This document shows, piece by piece, positions 10,237 through 20,275 of a stretch of DNA of 41,722 bases. Position 1 is the first letter of the stretch; every line of letters starts with the position of its first letter. The position numbers and the translations under genes were made by a program. The stretch is taken from the NCBI GenBank assembly GCA_900291995.1, contig OLMU01000954.1, positions 1 to 41,722 of the forward strand. The letters run 5' to 3'. Origin of the DNA: Licmophora abbreviata. Taxonomy: Eukaryota. The notes beneath the pieces were generated by a model. It was not told where the DNA came from and did not search any database. It saw only the letters and a list, made by a program, of their open reading frames with translations.

Positions 10237-12683
10237 CTACATCAGTTCCTTGTGAGTATATGTTTTCGCGGGATTCTCTCCTGCAAACTCGCCGACGTAA
10301 TTGATACCGGAAATCGATCGGAGCTGCCACTTGGTGGTCAGGAGTCCCTCGACTCCAACAGGACCTCTCGCGTGAATTCGGCCCGTTGAGATGCCCACCT
10401 CAGCGCCCAAGCCGAGACGGAACCCATCTGCAAAACGTGTCGATGCATTCTTGAACACACAGGCTGCATCAACTCTCTCCAAGAATTCTTCTCCCAGTGG
10501 ACTGTCCTTGGCACAAACTATGGCTTCTGTGTGACCGCTGCCGAATTTATGGATCCAATCAATCGCATCGTCCATGCAGTCAACGATTTCGACTAAACAT
10601 GTCAAGTCGCCATACTCGCATTTCATCTCTTGTGCGAGAACATCACAGAGACCAGCTTTCATGGCCTTGGGCCCGCCGAGGCACTTGACTCCCGCCGAAC
10701 GTAAAGCCATCATGACATTAAGGGCCACGCCGTTTTCGACTGTGACCTTATGAACCAGGAGTGTTTCCATGGCGTTGCAGGCAGACGGATAGTCAGTCTT
10801 GGCGTCGACGACGATCTTGCTTGCACTCTCCGCGTCTGCGCTTGCGTCCAAATACACATGACAGACACCATCGGCATGCCCGAGAACGGGTATACGGGTG
10901 TTGGCCTTGATGTATGAAACCAACGAATTGCTTCCCCGCGGAATGACAAGATCAATGACTTCGTCCAGATTTAGCAAGTCCTTCACCTGCCCGCGGCTTG
11001 TGACGAGACCAATAATATCTCTGCTGATCTCTCCACTGGACGCATTTTCTATGGTATCTCCAATCACCTCGTGCAGTGCGGCATTGGAATGGACAGCTTC
11101 CTTTCCCCCCTTCAGTAGCAAGCCGTTGCCGCTCGCCAGTGCTAGGGACGCAATCTGTGGCATAGAATCCGGTCGAGACTCGAATATCACCATGAGAACA
11201 CCAATAGGTACTGTAATTAGCGATAGTTCAAGTCCTTCAGCAAGTTCGCGCTTGCTCTTGACAACGCCAAGGGGATCACGCTGGTCGGCCAGCTGTCGGA
11301 CGCCCGTGGCCAATGTGGCCAGTTTTTCCGGCGTTAGCTTGAGACGTGCCACCAATGGAGCTGCCACAGATGTATTCTCAGCAGCAGCCAAATCAAGCTG
11401 GTTAGCTTCCAACAACTCATCTTGTCGCTCCACGAGAGCATCGGCGACGGCATAAAGGATAGACTTGCGAACTTCGTAAGGCATGGACTGGAGTTTCCGA
11501 GCTTCCTTTCTCGCAGCAGCTGCCATTTCTCGGGTGGCCTCTGTCACTGTCTCCTCATCAGGCTAAAGGAAAAGCGATGACGAAAAACAAAGGCAGTGAG
11601 AAAATATGCACACGACACGGGATGAGTCGACATTTCCAATCTAAGTTCGACTGCACGTACCTCCCAATCGACAAGCTCCTCCAGCGCTTGTTTTTCAAGG
11701 TCACTTCCCGGCGTCGCAAAGAGGGTTCCCTTGGGCGGACCGAACTCGGGGTTAAATTCAGTACTGAGAATACTTCGCACCGAGTCCAAGTCGGATCCGG
11801 CTGCCACAACGCAGGCGGTACAGGCACTACCGGACCGGACGGCCATTTGCGCGGCAGCAATCTTGGCTGCCATGCCTCCCCGACCTTGAGAACTCTTTTC
11901 ACCGAAAATGACATCGGAACTACTGTGATGGAAGCCAATCAGCTTGGCCTTGGGGTTGGTGGGCGGGAGGTTGTAGACACCGTCAACGTCGGTCAAGAGT
12001 AACAGGACTTCGGCATTGAACGTTCGAGCACACAGGGCTGCGAGAGAGTCGTTGTCAGAAAAGACCGCATCTTCGTCGTCGCCCAAGGTGGAGACAGCGT
12101 CATTCTCGTTGATAATGGGGACAATCCCCAATGCCAAGAGTCGTTCGATGGCATAGGAAAGAGTCTTGAGATGACGTTCATCCTGAAAATCAGCCTGCGT
12201 CAGCAGTATCTGCGAGGCCGTCACATTCTTGGGCGTAAAGAGGCTCTGATACAAGTTCATGAGCTCGAACTGTCCGGCTGCAGCGTAGCTCTTGGCAGCC
12301 GATGTCTGCATCTGTTCGTTGACTTGGAGTAGATCAGCAATACTGGTCGTAGGAGTGAGTCTGGAACTGATCTCGTCCGCTTGAGGAGCAAGCTGGGAAG
12401 GGTCTGTCTTATGCAAGTCGAGGAATGACATGTTCAGACGAGCTTGTTTTTGGAGGAGATTCCGTCCCATGCCGACCGCACCGGAACTAACGAAGATGAC
12501 TTCCTTTCCAGCGGCATTCAGCTCAGCGATCTCCTCTACGATCGCTCCAAGACGACGTAGCGATGGACTGCCGTCCGCGTTGGCCACGACACTCGTGCCG
12601 GCCTTGACGACGACGCGGCGAGCCATGCGTAGAGCTTGACGCGAACGGGGTTCATTAATTTCTTCTGGCGTCATCGATATCAT
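10237..12683 (-). CDS. P5CS: Bifunctional delta-1-pyrroline-5-carboxylate synthase (glutamate 5-kinase + glutamyl-phosphate reductase)
   Basis: ProB-like part (VVVKAGTSVV, VSSGAVG, PIINENDAV, DNDSLAA, GRGGMAAK) is joined in frame to a ProA-like part (IFESRPD, VIPRGS, SACNAMETLL, HKFGSGHTE, NASTRFADG, EVGISTGRIHARGPVG) by one GT-AG intron at 11563-11660. Confidence 0.95.
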
Positions 12684-13175
12684 GGTTGTTGTTGTTGTAA
12701 GGCTGTACCGGTAGATGGATTTGATTGTCTTTCAGAAACCACGCTGTGCAATAGTACCAATACTGCAATGGTTCAATTTTGATTGGTGAGGAAGACTGGA
12801 AGACATTCACGTGTTCAGTCCCAGATGGCGCACTTTCAGCTTTCTCGTGTGAAGCGCTGTGACTGAGGTGGTGCTACTCTGCGAGTTTTATGGAACATTT
12901 TACTTATGATCTATGTCATCACTACTTATGACCCTTCCCTCGGTGAATGACTTCTCAGTCGTGTTGCAACTTTCGTCATCCGACAAAAGCGAAAAGCAAG
13001 CACCACGTTGATGAGAACGTGCTTGCAAACTGGAGCCTGGAGCCACATCGTTCGGCACGATCCCGTACATTTAGAATTTCGCTCTTGCCATTGTGAAAGA
13101 CCCCGGAAATTGAAAATAACGTTGTACACGCCAACATTTTCATTCCAGCTGCTCATCGTTCATCATACGTAAACC

Positions 13176-14042
13176 ATGTCACCGAAAGAACAAGAAACTG
13201 AACCATCCTCCGCCAGCGCCACAGACAGCCTCGCCCTCGGATTCCTCGGATGCGGCACAATTGCCTCAGCCGTTGCCACAGGCATTGCTCGACAGACCAC
13301 CATTCCCATTTCACGAATTTCCGTCTCGCGACGTTCCAGAGTCAAGTCAGACGCTCTTGCCAAGGAATTTCCGGATCTCGTCACTGTCCATGATGACAAC
13401 CAACAAGTCGTCGACCGGTCCGATATCGTGTTTGTCTGTGTCTTGCCGGAACAAGCCAACGTGGTCGTACGTGACCTCACGTTTCGTCCTGACCAAAAGC
13501 TAGTATCCATCGTGGCCACGGCGAGTTTGGATGATCTCTCGGAACATTCGGGAGTCGCGCTGTCGAACACGGTCAAGATGATATGCACGCCTTCCGTTTC
13601 CATGCACGAAGGCGCCTGTCTGCTGTTTCCGCGACAAGATGAGAATTCGACTCTGGTGGAATTATGCAATGCTCTAGGTGGATGTGTCCAGTGTCAGTCC
13701 AACAGCGAAATGACCACATTAATGTCTGGTATGTGTGTCATGGGACCGATGTACGGCATGCTCAAGACGCATCGTGATTGGATGATTGAAAGAGGAATCC
13801 GGAAAGAGGATGCTAGTTTCTTGGTGGGAAAGCAGTATCAAGCCATTGTCAAGGATGTAGAAAGACAGTGCGACGAACCTGAGTGCCTCGAGGATTTGAT
13901 TGAGGAACAGACTCCCGGTGGGATCAACGAGCAGGCACTCGAAAATCTTGAGAGTCTCGGTGGATTGGACGCCTACTCACAGGTCATGGACGCTATTGCC
14001 AATCGTATCGACGGAGCGAGTGACGGTAATGTCGGGAAGTAA
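13176..14042 (+). CDS. proC: Pyrroline-5-carboxylate reductase (ProC family, atypical subtype)
   Basis: Rossmann motif LGFLGCGTIA, DNQQVVDRSDIVFVCVLP, and C-terminal QTPGGINEQ at the position of the canonical SPGGTT loop. Intronless, divergent from P5CS. Confidence 0.8.
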   Translation: MSPKEQETEPSSASATDSLALGFLGCGTIASAVATGIARQTTIPISRISVSRRSRVKSDALAKEFPDLVTVHDDNQQVVDRSDIVFVCVLPEQANVVVRDLTFRPDQKLVSIVATASLDDLSEHSGVALSNTVKMICTPSVSMHEGACLLFPRQDENSTLVELCNALGGCVQCQSNSEMTTLMSGMCVMGPMYGMLKTHRDWMIERGIRKEDASFLVGKQYQAIVKDVERQCDEPECLEDLIEEQTPGGINEQALENLESLGGLDAYSQVMDAIANRIDGASDGNVGK

Positions 14043-14163
14043 ACAAACAATTTTGTTACGACTGCCTTATAGATGTCTGCTGCCTAAATACTGACGACTC
14101 ACTCCGCGGCGCTCAGTATCAACGAATGAATCCGGGACCGAGAGACGAACCAGGATTGTCTGT

Positions 14164-14331
14164 GATCTTCATTACAAGTACGTTCGATCCGTACAGAGGA
14201 TTAGCGGCAACACTTTACCTTTCTCTCACATGCAAAGGGTTTCTCTGTCATGGCACCCTAACCCAGAAAGTATAAAAGGCGGGGTAAGGTTGACCGAAAG
14301 GCAATCGTAGGTCTAGTCTACAGCTGCTTCC
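14164..14331 (-). pseudogene. Internally deleted remnant of the cysteine protease gene (fused 3' and 5' ends)
   Basis: 14164-14194 matches 7665-7694 (29 of 31 columns), with weaker similarity continuing to ~14222/7740. 14225-14266 matches 9854-9895 (38 of 42), with similarity continuing to 14331/9949. The remnant ATG gives MTEKPFACERK versus MTDKPFECERE in the gene, then a stop after 16 codons. Confidence 0.8.
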
Positions 14332-14574
14332 CCGTGTTGTTTGCAAAACGGCACAAGAAATTCAAAAAGGTTACCTGTACTCGTAGTGGGTGTGAAGACG
14401 CGCAGACGGTCAGACTTTCCCGCAATTTTCAATCGATCTGCGACATGGAAATTTAAGAAATAACTACTCACACAACGCGATCATGGCATTTCACGAGGTC
14501 GGCGACGCCCGATTGCCGCTTTTCTACTCAAACTGTGTGGCTCTTCATAAACTCGAACGACTCCCTAAAAGTGC

Positions 14575-15966
14575 ATGGTCCTCGCTTGTGGTGTTAGGCT
14601 TCACTTTGTGGCTTCCAGACTTTGGGCTCTACGAGTTTCCACCTTGTCGTTGATCTCATCAATCACCATCTTGTCTGCACTTTCGCCCTGCCCCATTTCA
14701 TTGTCGTTCAGGCGACTTGGGGCGCAGGCTAGCAAAAACCTACTCATGAGTACTCGATTCCAATCAGAAAGGCCCGCTTTTGCCGATTTCGTAGCATCCC
14801 ATGGAAACAACATTTCCTCGCGAATCTGCATCGGGAACGAGGCGGGCGACGCCGATAGCATAGTGTCAGCCTTGGCGCTCGCCTACGTCGACTCGCTGAA
14901 GGAATCTAAGAAAGCTCGGATGACACCAGTTGTCTCAGTTCCGAAAGCTGACTTGCCGCTGCGCCAGGAAACGATGCTCTTGCTGGAAATGGCGGGCATG
15001 CAGCCGCATCACTTTGACTCCCTCGTATGCTTAGATCACCTCACACCGACAATTATGCAGCAAGAGCAAGTCACACTTGTCGACCACAACCGACTATCCC
15101 TCAAAGGCTGTGAACACTGGAATATAGTGGAGATTATTGATCATCACTACGACGAGAAGTTTCATCAGTTGGTGACAGGCAAAAGCCGCAATGTCGCCTA
15201 CGACAGTGAAAAGGAGAAAGCGCTGGTTGCGAGTACATGCACGTTGATTGCCGAGCGCATGTTCGCATCCATCACTCCACCATATCCAGCGGATGTATCA
15301 CTTGCTCTGCTTGGAGTGATACTGGTCGATACAGTCAACTTGCTTGCTGAAGCGGGGAAAGTGACAGACCGCGATCGAAACGCGGTGAAAATCCTCCAAG
15401 TCGATACTGACTGGACCACACTGACAGGAGTGTCCGCTACGCTCTTTCAATCCACTAGTATATCAATCGATACAGACAAGTTGTATCAATCCCTGAGTGG
15501 CTCAAAGTATGACCCCGTCTTCTGGAAGCAACTATCAGCGACTGATGCACTGCGACTCGATTACAAGCAGTTTCAGGCAGGCAACGACGAGACGGCATGT
15601 TTCGGGGCTTCGTCGATTCTACAATCGATACCGGAGCACGTCTCCAAACCAGACGCTTACGGCCTGATGGAACAATTCATGACGACAAGGGGAATTCCGC
15701 TGCTGGCAGTCCTTAGTACGTTCACGACTGGTGAAGGTCGACAGCGTGGTTTGTTACTTTGCGGACGAAACGCTCAACTCATGGACGGCATAACAGCGTT
15801 TCTTTTGTCACCGTCGGGGTCGGCGTTGCAGTTGGAAGAAAATGAATTGGTTCTGGGAGAAAAAGAGGCTTCCCGTGGATTGAAGCTCCGATACTTTATG
15901 CAAGGCAATGTCAAGGCAAGTCGCAAGCAGATAGCTCCGATACTCTTGCAGTACTTCAGCCAATAG
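14575..15966 (+). CDS. Exopolyphosphatase / PRUNE-like DHH-DHHA2 phosphoesterase
   Basis: Motifs IGNEAGDADS, TLVDHN, EIIDHH, ASTCTLIAE, ILVDTVNL, LRLDYKQF, ASRKQIAP. Intronless, with a hydrophobic N-terminal extension. Confidence 0.9.
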   Translation: MVLACGVRLHFVASRLWALRVSTLSLISSITILSALSPCPISLSFRRLGAQASKNLLMSTRFQSERPAFADFVASHGNNISSRICIGNEAGDADSIVSALALAYVDSLKESKKARMTPVVSVPKADLPLRQETMLLLEMAGMQPHHFDSLVCLDHLTPTIMQQEQVTLVDHNRLSLKGCEHWNIVEIIDHHYDEKFHQLVTGKSRNVAYDSEKEKALVASTCTLIAERMFASITPPYPADVSLALLGVILVDTVNLLAEAGKVTDRDRNAVKILQVDTDWTTLTGVSATLFQSTSISIDTDKLYQSLSGSKYDPVFWKQLSATDALRLDYKQFQAGNDETACFGASSILQSIPEHVSKPDAYGLMEQFMTTRGIPLLAVLSTFTTGEGRQRGLLLCGRNAQLMDGITAFLLSPSGSALQLEENELVLGEKEASRGLKLRYFMQGNVKASRKQIAPILLQYFSQ

Positions 15967-16077
15967 CAGATCTAATTCTACGTCACTCTTTTATGATAAG
16001 TCTAGACTGCAGCTCCAAGAACTCATCGTAAGTCTAGTATTTTACCGGTAGCGGTAGTGGTACTTCTTTCGTTCCAA

Positions 16078-16619
16078 CTACCACCAGCCGTCGCGTTTGT
16101 CGGGGTTGGCCCACTCCGGTTGCAGCTGTCCAATATCCTTCTTGACCACTTGGTTGTAATAAGCCTCGGTTTGTTCCTTGCAGTTTTCGTAGTGGTTGAC
16201 GCCCTCCTTGCGATAGCATTCAATGACCTTCGTGCGAAGCAGCCGCACCGTCTCAATTGCCACTTGCCGCTCACGCGCCCGTTGTTCGGCGGCCTGCAGA
16301 AATTTGACGGGGTCCTTGGCGCGTCCACGCTAGGAACGAAGAGAACGGGCAGATCAGATTGATGAGCTAGAAAACGTGCCGATACGACAGTCCCATCGAA
16401 GTTCCATTCATTGCTTGGAGAGAAGTTAGACGCTAGACCTAGAGCCTAGGGCATCCTGCTGTAGAAAGAGTACCAACAGACACGTAGTCGCGACGATGGA
16501 AGTGTAGACCCACTTTCTCCGCTTTCTGAGTCACTCACCTCCGATCCTCGCTCCTCATGAGGAAAGGGCACCAAAGGAGGCCCATCCATGGCCTTGGGTT
16601 CGTCGTACATGGACGTCAT
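16078..16619 (-). CDS. NDUFB10: Mitochondrial complex I accessory subunit NDUFB10 (PDSW)-like, 2 exons
   Basis: RERQVAIETVRLLRTKVIECYRKEGVNHYENCK (CX9-11C motif typical of this subunit). Exon 1 16619-16539 (MTSMYDEPK...) is spliced in phase 0 to 16329-16078, giving about 110 aa. Confidence 0.85.
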
Positions 16620-17213
16620 GGTGACAAACGATCGTCAATTGATCCGAAGCCTCAACACTCAACACGCTGATGCGAGGCTGCAGTGCGACGTCCGACGCAA
16701 CATGGCCTGACATCGGTCGAGCTCGTGTTGGAACTCGCGCCGCAATCGAAAGAAGAGACGTCACGCGTGACTCAAGTCTCAGACCCGACTCACTGACTCG
16801 ACCGGCGACAATTCCGAAGAAGAATACCTATCGCTCCAAAGGATCCTCTTACAACATACTTAGTAGACGTGAATCTCACGTGAGCGCTGGGTTCGTTTCC
16901 CTCCTATGTATCTCTGACGTGGTACAGGTGGCGAAGTTGAAGTTTGAAGTTGAAGAGTGTTTCAGACTTGAAACTCAACAACAGTGACAGCTCATCTCGT
17001 CTCACGATATCACATTAACATGGTGATTGTGACCACTTGTGAAGACGGTAAGCCTTTTGTTTGCGCGCCTGTTCATGTCAGTGTTGGCATTCATTCGTAT
17101 GGAATGGTTTGTTAAAGCCTATTCAACTAAGTCATCAAGAGTCGTTGTATCGCTCGTGTTCTCTTGTTACAGACAATTGTCACCGTTGTGCACCAAGCGA
17201 GAAACTATACACT

Positions 17214-18398
17214 ATGCACCGACAAGACCACAAAGTCCCCACCGCCCTCGAGTTGATGTTTGAAGGTAAACTCGATACAGGCTCCGCTCCGTCGGCGACT
17301 AAAAATCATATTCCACTCTGTGAGGTCGCGGAACATGCACATATACCAAGAGTTTCCCACCACGTAGTCCATCAATCCTCGCTCAACGCCAACGAAATGG
17401 CCTCTCAACAGCCGCAGATTCGTCGAGTGCCCTGCAAAGCTCGCGGAGTATCAGGAAAACATAACCCGCGCACTGCCTTCTTTGACATTCCTCGGAATGC
17501 TAGACACGGTATGCTTCTTGTCTGCAGTCACGCGGGCTGTGCTGATAGCGGACGCCGCTTTCGATACTGTGCTGTCTGTGAGCTGCCTGTGGCGAAGCGG
17601 AACTTCTTGAAGCGACATTCGCACGGTCTAGTGGCATCGTCGCGTACTACTGGCTTTGCCGAACTCAACGGGGACCTCCCTTTGCTGAGTGACCAAGCTG
17701 CACACAGTGGTACGAAACGCCGTCGCACATTGAGCTACGATGCGGCCGAAGGCCTTTTGGCAACGACGACATGCCAGCCTGTCACAGCTCCGATCCCAGC
17801 GCCGATCCCCGCTCCCATGGCAGAGGAACGCCTGACAAGTACAGACCTGGCTGAGATGACGTCTGCACTCACAAGTGGCGGTGCAGTCGACAGTACTCCA
17901 GCTCCGATCGCAATCGATAGTGTACCAGCCCCCATCCCAGTCGCCCCCGCAGTCGAGAGCAGCACGATGCCCCTGCTGAACCCCCAAGCGCTCCAGTGGC
18001 TCGCCTTGCTCCGTTCACGGCCATCGATTGAAGATACGGACGGTATGGAAAAGTGGGTAGATCAAGTCCTTCAAGTATCCGACAATGGTGCTCATGTGTC
18101 ACCACCACCAGCGCCCCCGGCCGCTATCACCGGCTCTATTCCTGGAGCCACCCTGACGTCTTCCACAGAGCCATCAAGCTCTTCCAGTACGTCGTCGGAA
18201 GAAGAACCACCTCCAGAAACGACGCATCGTACACCCGTGAAGCACGAGGAGCGGCTCAAGGCTCACCCAGACGTTCACAACCACAGAGGGCATGGAGATC
18301 AACGAATGCGTCGTCGCAGCTCGACATGGAGCGCGGTCTCACTGGAAAACATGAGTCTAGGACGACTGGACTCATTGTTTGACGATGATGAGGACTAG
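17214..18398 (+). CDS. Hypothetical protein with a Cys/His-rich putative Zn-binding domain and Pro/Ala/Ser-rich disordered C-terminus
   Basis: PCKARG..H...FFDIP....HG.LLVCSHAGC...RRFRYCAVCELPVAKRNFLKRHSHG, an NLS-like TKRRRT, and PAPI repeats. First ATG is 17214. Confidence 0.75.
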   Translation: MHRQDHKVPTALELMFEGKLDTGSAPSATKNHIPLCEVAEHAHIPRVSHHVVHQSSLNANEMASQQPQIRRVPCKARGVSGKHNPRTAFFDIPRNARHGMLLVCSHAGCADSGRRFRYCAVCELPVAKRNFLKRHSHGLVASSRTTGFAELNGDLPLLSDQAAHSGTKRRRTLSYDAAEGLLATTTCQPVTAPIPAPIPAPMAEERLTSTDLAEMTSALTSGGAVDSTPAPIAIDSVPAPIPVAPAVESSTMPLLNPQALQWLALLRSRPSIEDTDGMEKWVDQVLQVSDNGAHVSPPPAPPAAITGSIPGATLTSSTEPSSSSSTSSEEEPPPETTHRTPVKHEERLKAHPDVHNHRGHGDQRMRRRSSTWSAVSLENMSLGRLDSLFDDDED

Positions 18399-18526
18399 CA
18401 GTTGGGGCTTCTCTGCTTCGCGTTGCACAGATGTATTGTTTTAGGCAGACCGCTTTGATAAGAGGCAGTAGTTAGATGATGTACAAGTAAGGTTTAGGTG
18501 TTTAGAGTCGAACGAGTTTTCACTCA

Positions 18527-20275
18527 TTACCATACATTTAAGTTTTCGCGAAAGTCACTATCGGTGAAGCGATGATCCTTTGGAAGTGGCGGTACCTTCA
18601 CTCGCACTACGTCGCCAGCCCGGCCCCCAGCAATCTTGTGTAGCTCCTTCTCCAGATAGTCTGATATCTCCCGAGCCGTCGGTCGAACGAAAGGATTCTG
18701 TGTCCATGCTGTCTGGATCGCCTTGAGGATAGCTCTCTCAGCTGGATCCACAATAACGACGGTAGTATTTGCTGTCGCAGTGAATCGCTCAGGAAGCTCA
18801 GATCGTTTGCCATCCACGAGAAAGTTCCGGGCGGCCTTGTTGCGCTTGCCTTCGAATATCCACTTGTTGGTGAGTAGATAGTATAGCACATTACCCAGTG
18901 AGTATACATCGGTCTTGTCACGGTGTATCAACTGAGTATCCTCGTCATCCTCGTAAAGGTCAACCAGGTCCTCTGGAGCTCGCATCTTGATAAGCTGAGT
19001 AGTGTATACGCGAGAGAAGATTGCGGCGAGTCAGTTGCTTCCACATTGCACCGCAACGCAACGCAAAACATCATCGGTCACTCACGTCTTCACTAATGTG
19101 TTTCGGAAGATCCTTGCACACTTTTCCACTTTTTCGATTCTTCTTAATGTAACCTCCCGAATGGAAATCGTTCAGTTTGTACACTCCGTCGACTAGAATG
19201 AACTGGTGGCAACACAAATCGTTGTGCGTGAGCGTCGTAATGTTGGAATCATCGGTAGAATGCAAGTCCGCGACACCAGAGGCTAGTTGGAAGGCGATCC
19301 GCAGCTTGTCGTTTGGTTTGAGAAAATCGCCTCTCTTTCTCGCAACTTTGATTTGATCGTAGAGAGTTCCACCATGACTGTATTCGACGAGTTGTGATGT
19401 GCCGCAGCTAGCATATGCATCCAGAATGTAAGGCGAACGGTGCAAATGGTCCATCGCGAGGGCATCCATACGAGCTCGCTCATAGCCTCCTGGATAGAAC
19501 GGATCATCGTCTTCGTCGTTGTTGTATCTGAATATGACAGATGAAACGAGGTGAATGGAAACCTAGGACACTTGCGAACGACGCGTTTAACAAAGACACA
19601 ACGAACGCACCTTACGAGCTTCAGCGCGACCTGTCCTCCTGTATCGTCGTCCACGCGAAAGGCACATCGAGAGTCTCCACAGCTAACAATATGCAGTCGG
19701 TCATTCTGCAGAGTGAAAGGAGAGTCCATCTCGTGCATGACATTACAAGAAGATGGGTTGTGTAGCTGCCACCTGTGCATCGGAACGCAATTCTCTCCGT
19801 CCCAGTTGTCATCGAGCCAATCGTTGGGTCCCCGCAGCTGCCTTTCGTGATGAGACACGTGCTGAAGCGTCGTATTCAGATCTTTGCCGAGCTGCACTAC
19901 TACTGGGACTCGACGTTCAAGGGATGTCTCGGGGGCGTGCGGCCCTGCCGTTGCTTGCGGTTCAATCTGTCGTCGTGGTTGTTCTCGTTCTCGATCCAGG
20001 GACGATTCGCTACTGGTCTCGTCGTTCCAGCCATTGTGCCTCACTGTTCTTGGATGAAGAGTGCTGTTCAGACTTCCTTGCCGCTGAAGCGCAGACTCCA
20101 CAAGCTTGTACACGAGAAAGATGACCGGCAAGGCCAAGACCCACAAGACGGGATGAACCTCGGCGCTGTAGTGTCGCCTTTGCTTCCGAAGCAATCGTCT
20201 CTTGGAGGAAACCCGAGGCTCTACTGGATACTCCACCCCCAGACCCTGTCGCTTGGCGACCGATCGACGATGCAT
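18527..20275 (-). CDS. Type II membrane protein kinase-like protein (VLK/PKDCC-like), 3 exons
   Basis: N-terminal TM (VLWVLALPVIFLVYKLV), Cys pre-kinase segment (CVPMHRWQ..SSCNVMHE), VALK, HNDLCCHQF catalytic loop, KLNDF, RAPE, KTDVYSLGN. Introns 19528-19610 and 18995-19085. Confidence 0.8.

Noticed and set aside
11544..11660. Overlapping proB and proA ORFs looking like a bacterial operon
   Set aside because: A canonical 98-nt GT-AG intron fuses them into one eukaryotic P5CS.
14255..14265. CCCTAACCC, resembling a telomerase RNA template for TTAGGG, inside a hairpin-rich intergenic stretch
   Set aside because: It aligns with ctcttaccc in the protease gene's 5' region, so it is explained as a mutated duplicate. 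A 9-mer permutation is expected by chance in a window this size, and I saw no convincing pseudoknot.
14190..14285. U6-like ACAGAGGATTAGC (plus strand) and U5 loop-like CGCCTTTTAT (minus strand)
   Set aside because: Only short partial matches. The flanking conserved snRNA sequence and Sm/LSm sites are absent, and the region is accounted for by the gene remnant.
14288..14318. Hairpin followed by CTAG, resembling a Helitron 3' end
   Set aside because: Similarity to the protease locus continues past the CTAG (gctgcttcc), and the other copy lacks CTRR.
17776..17960. PAPI/PAPM peptide repeats
   Set aside because: Ordinary low-complexity coding repeats, not a spaced array or mobile element.
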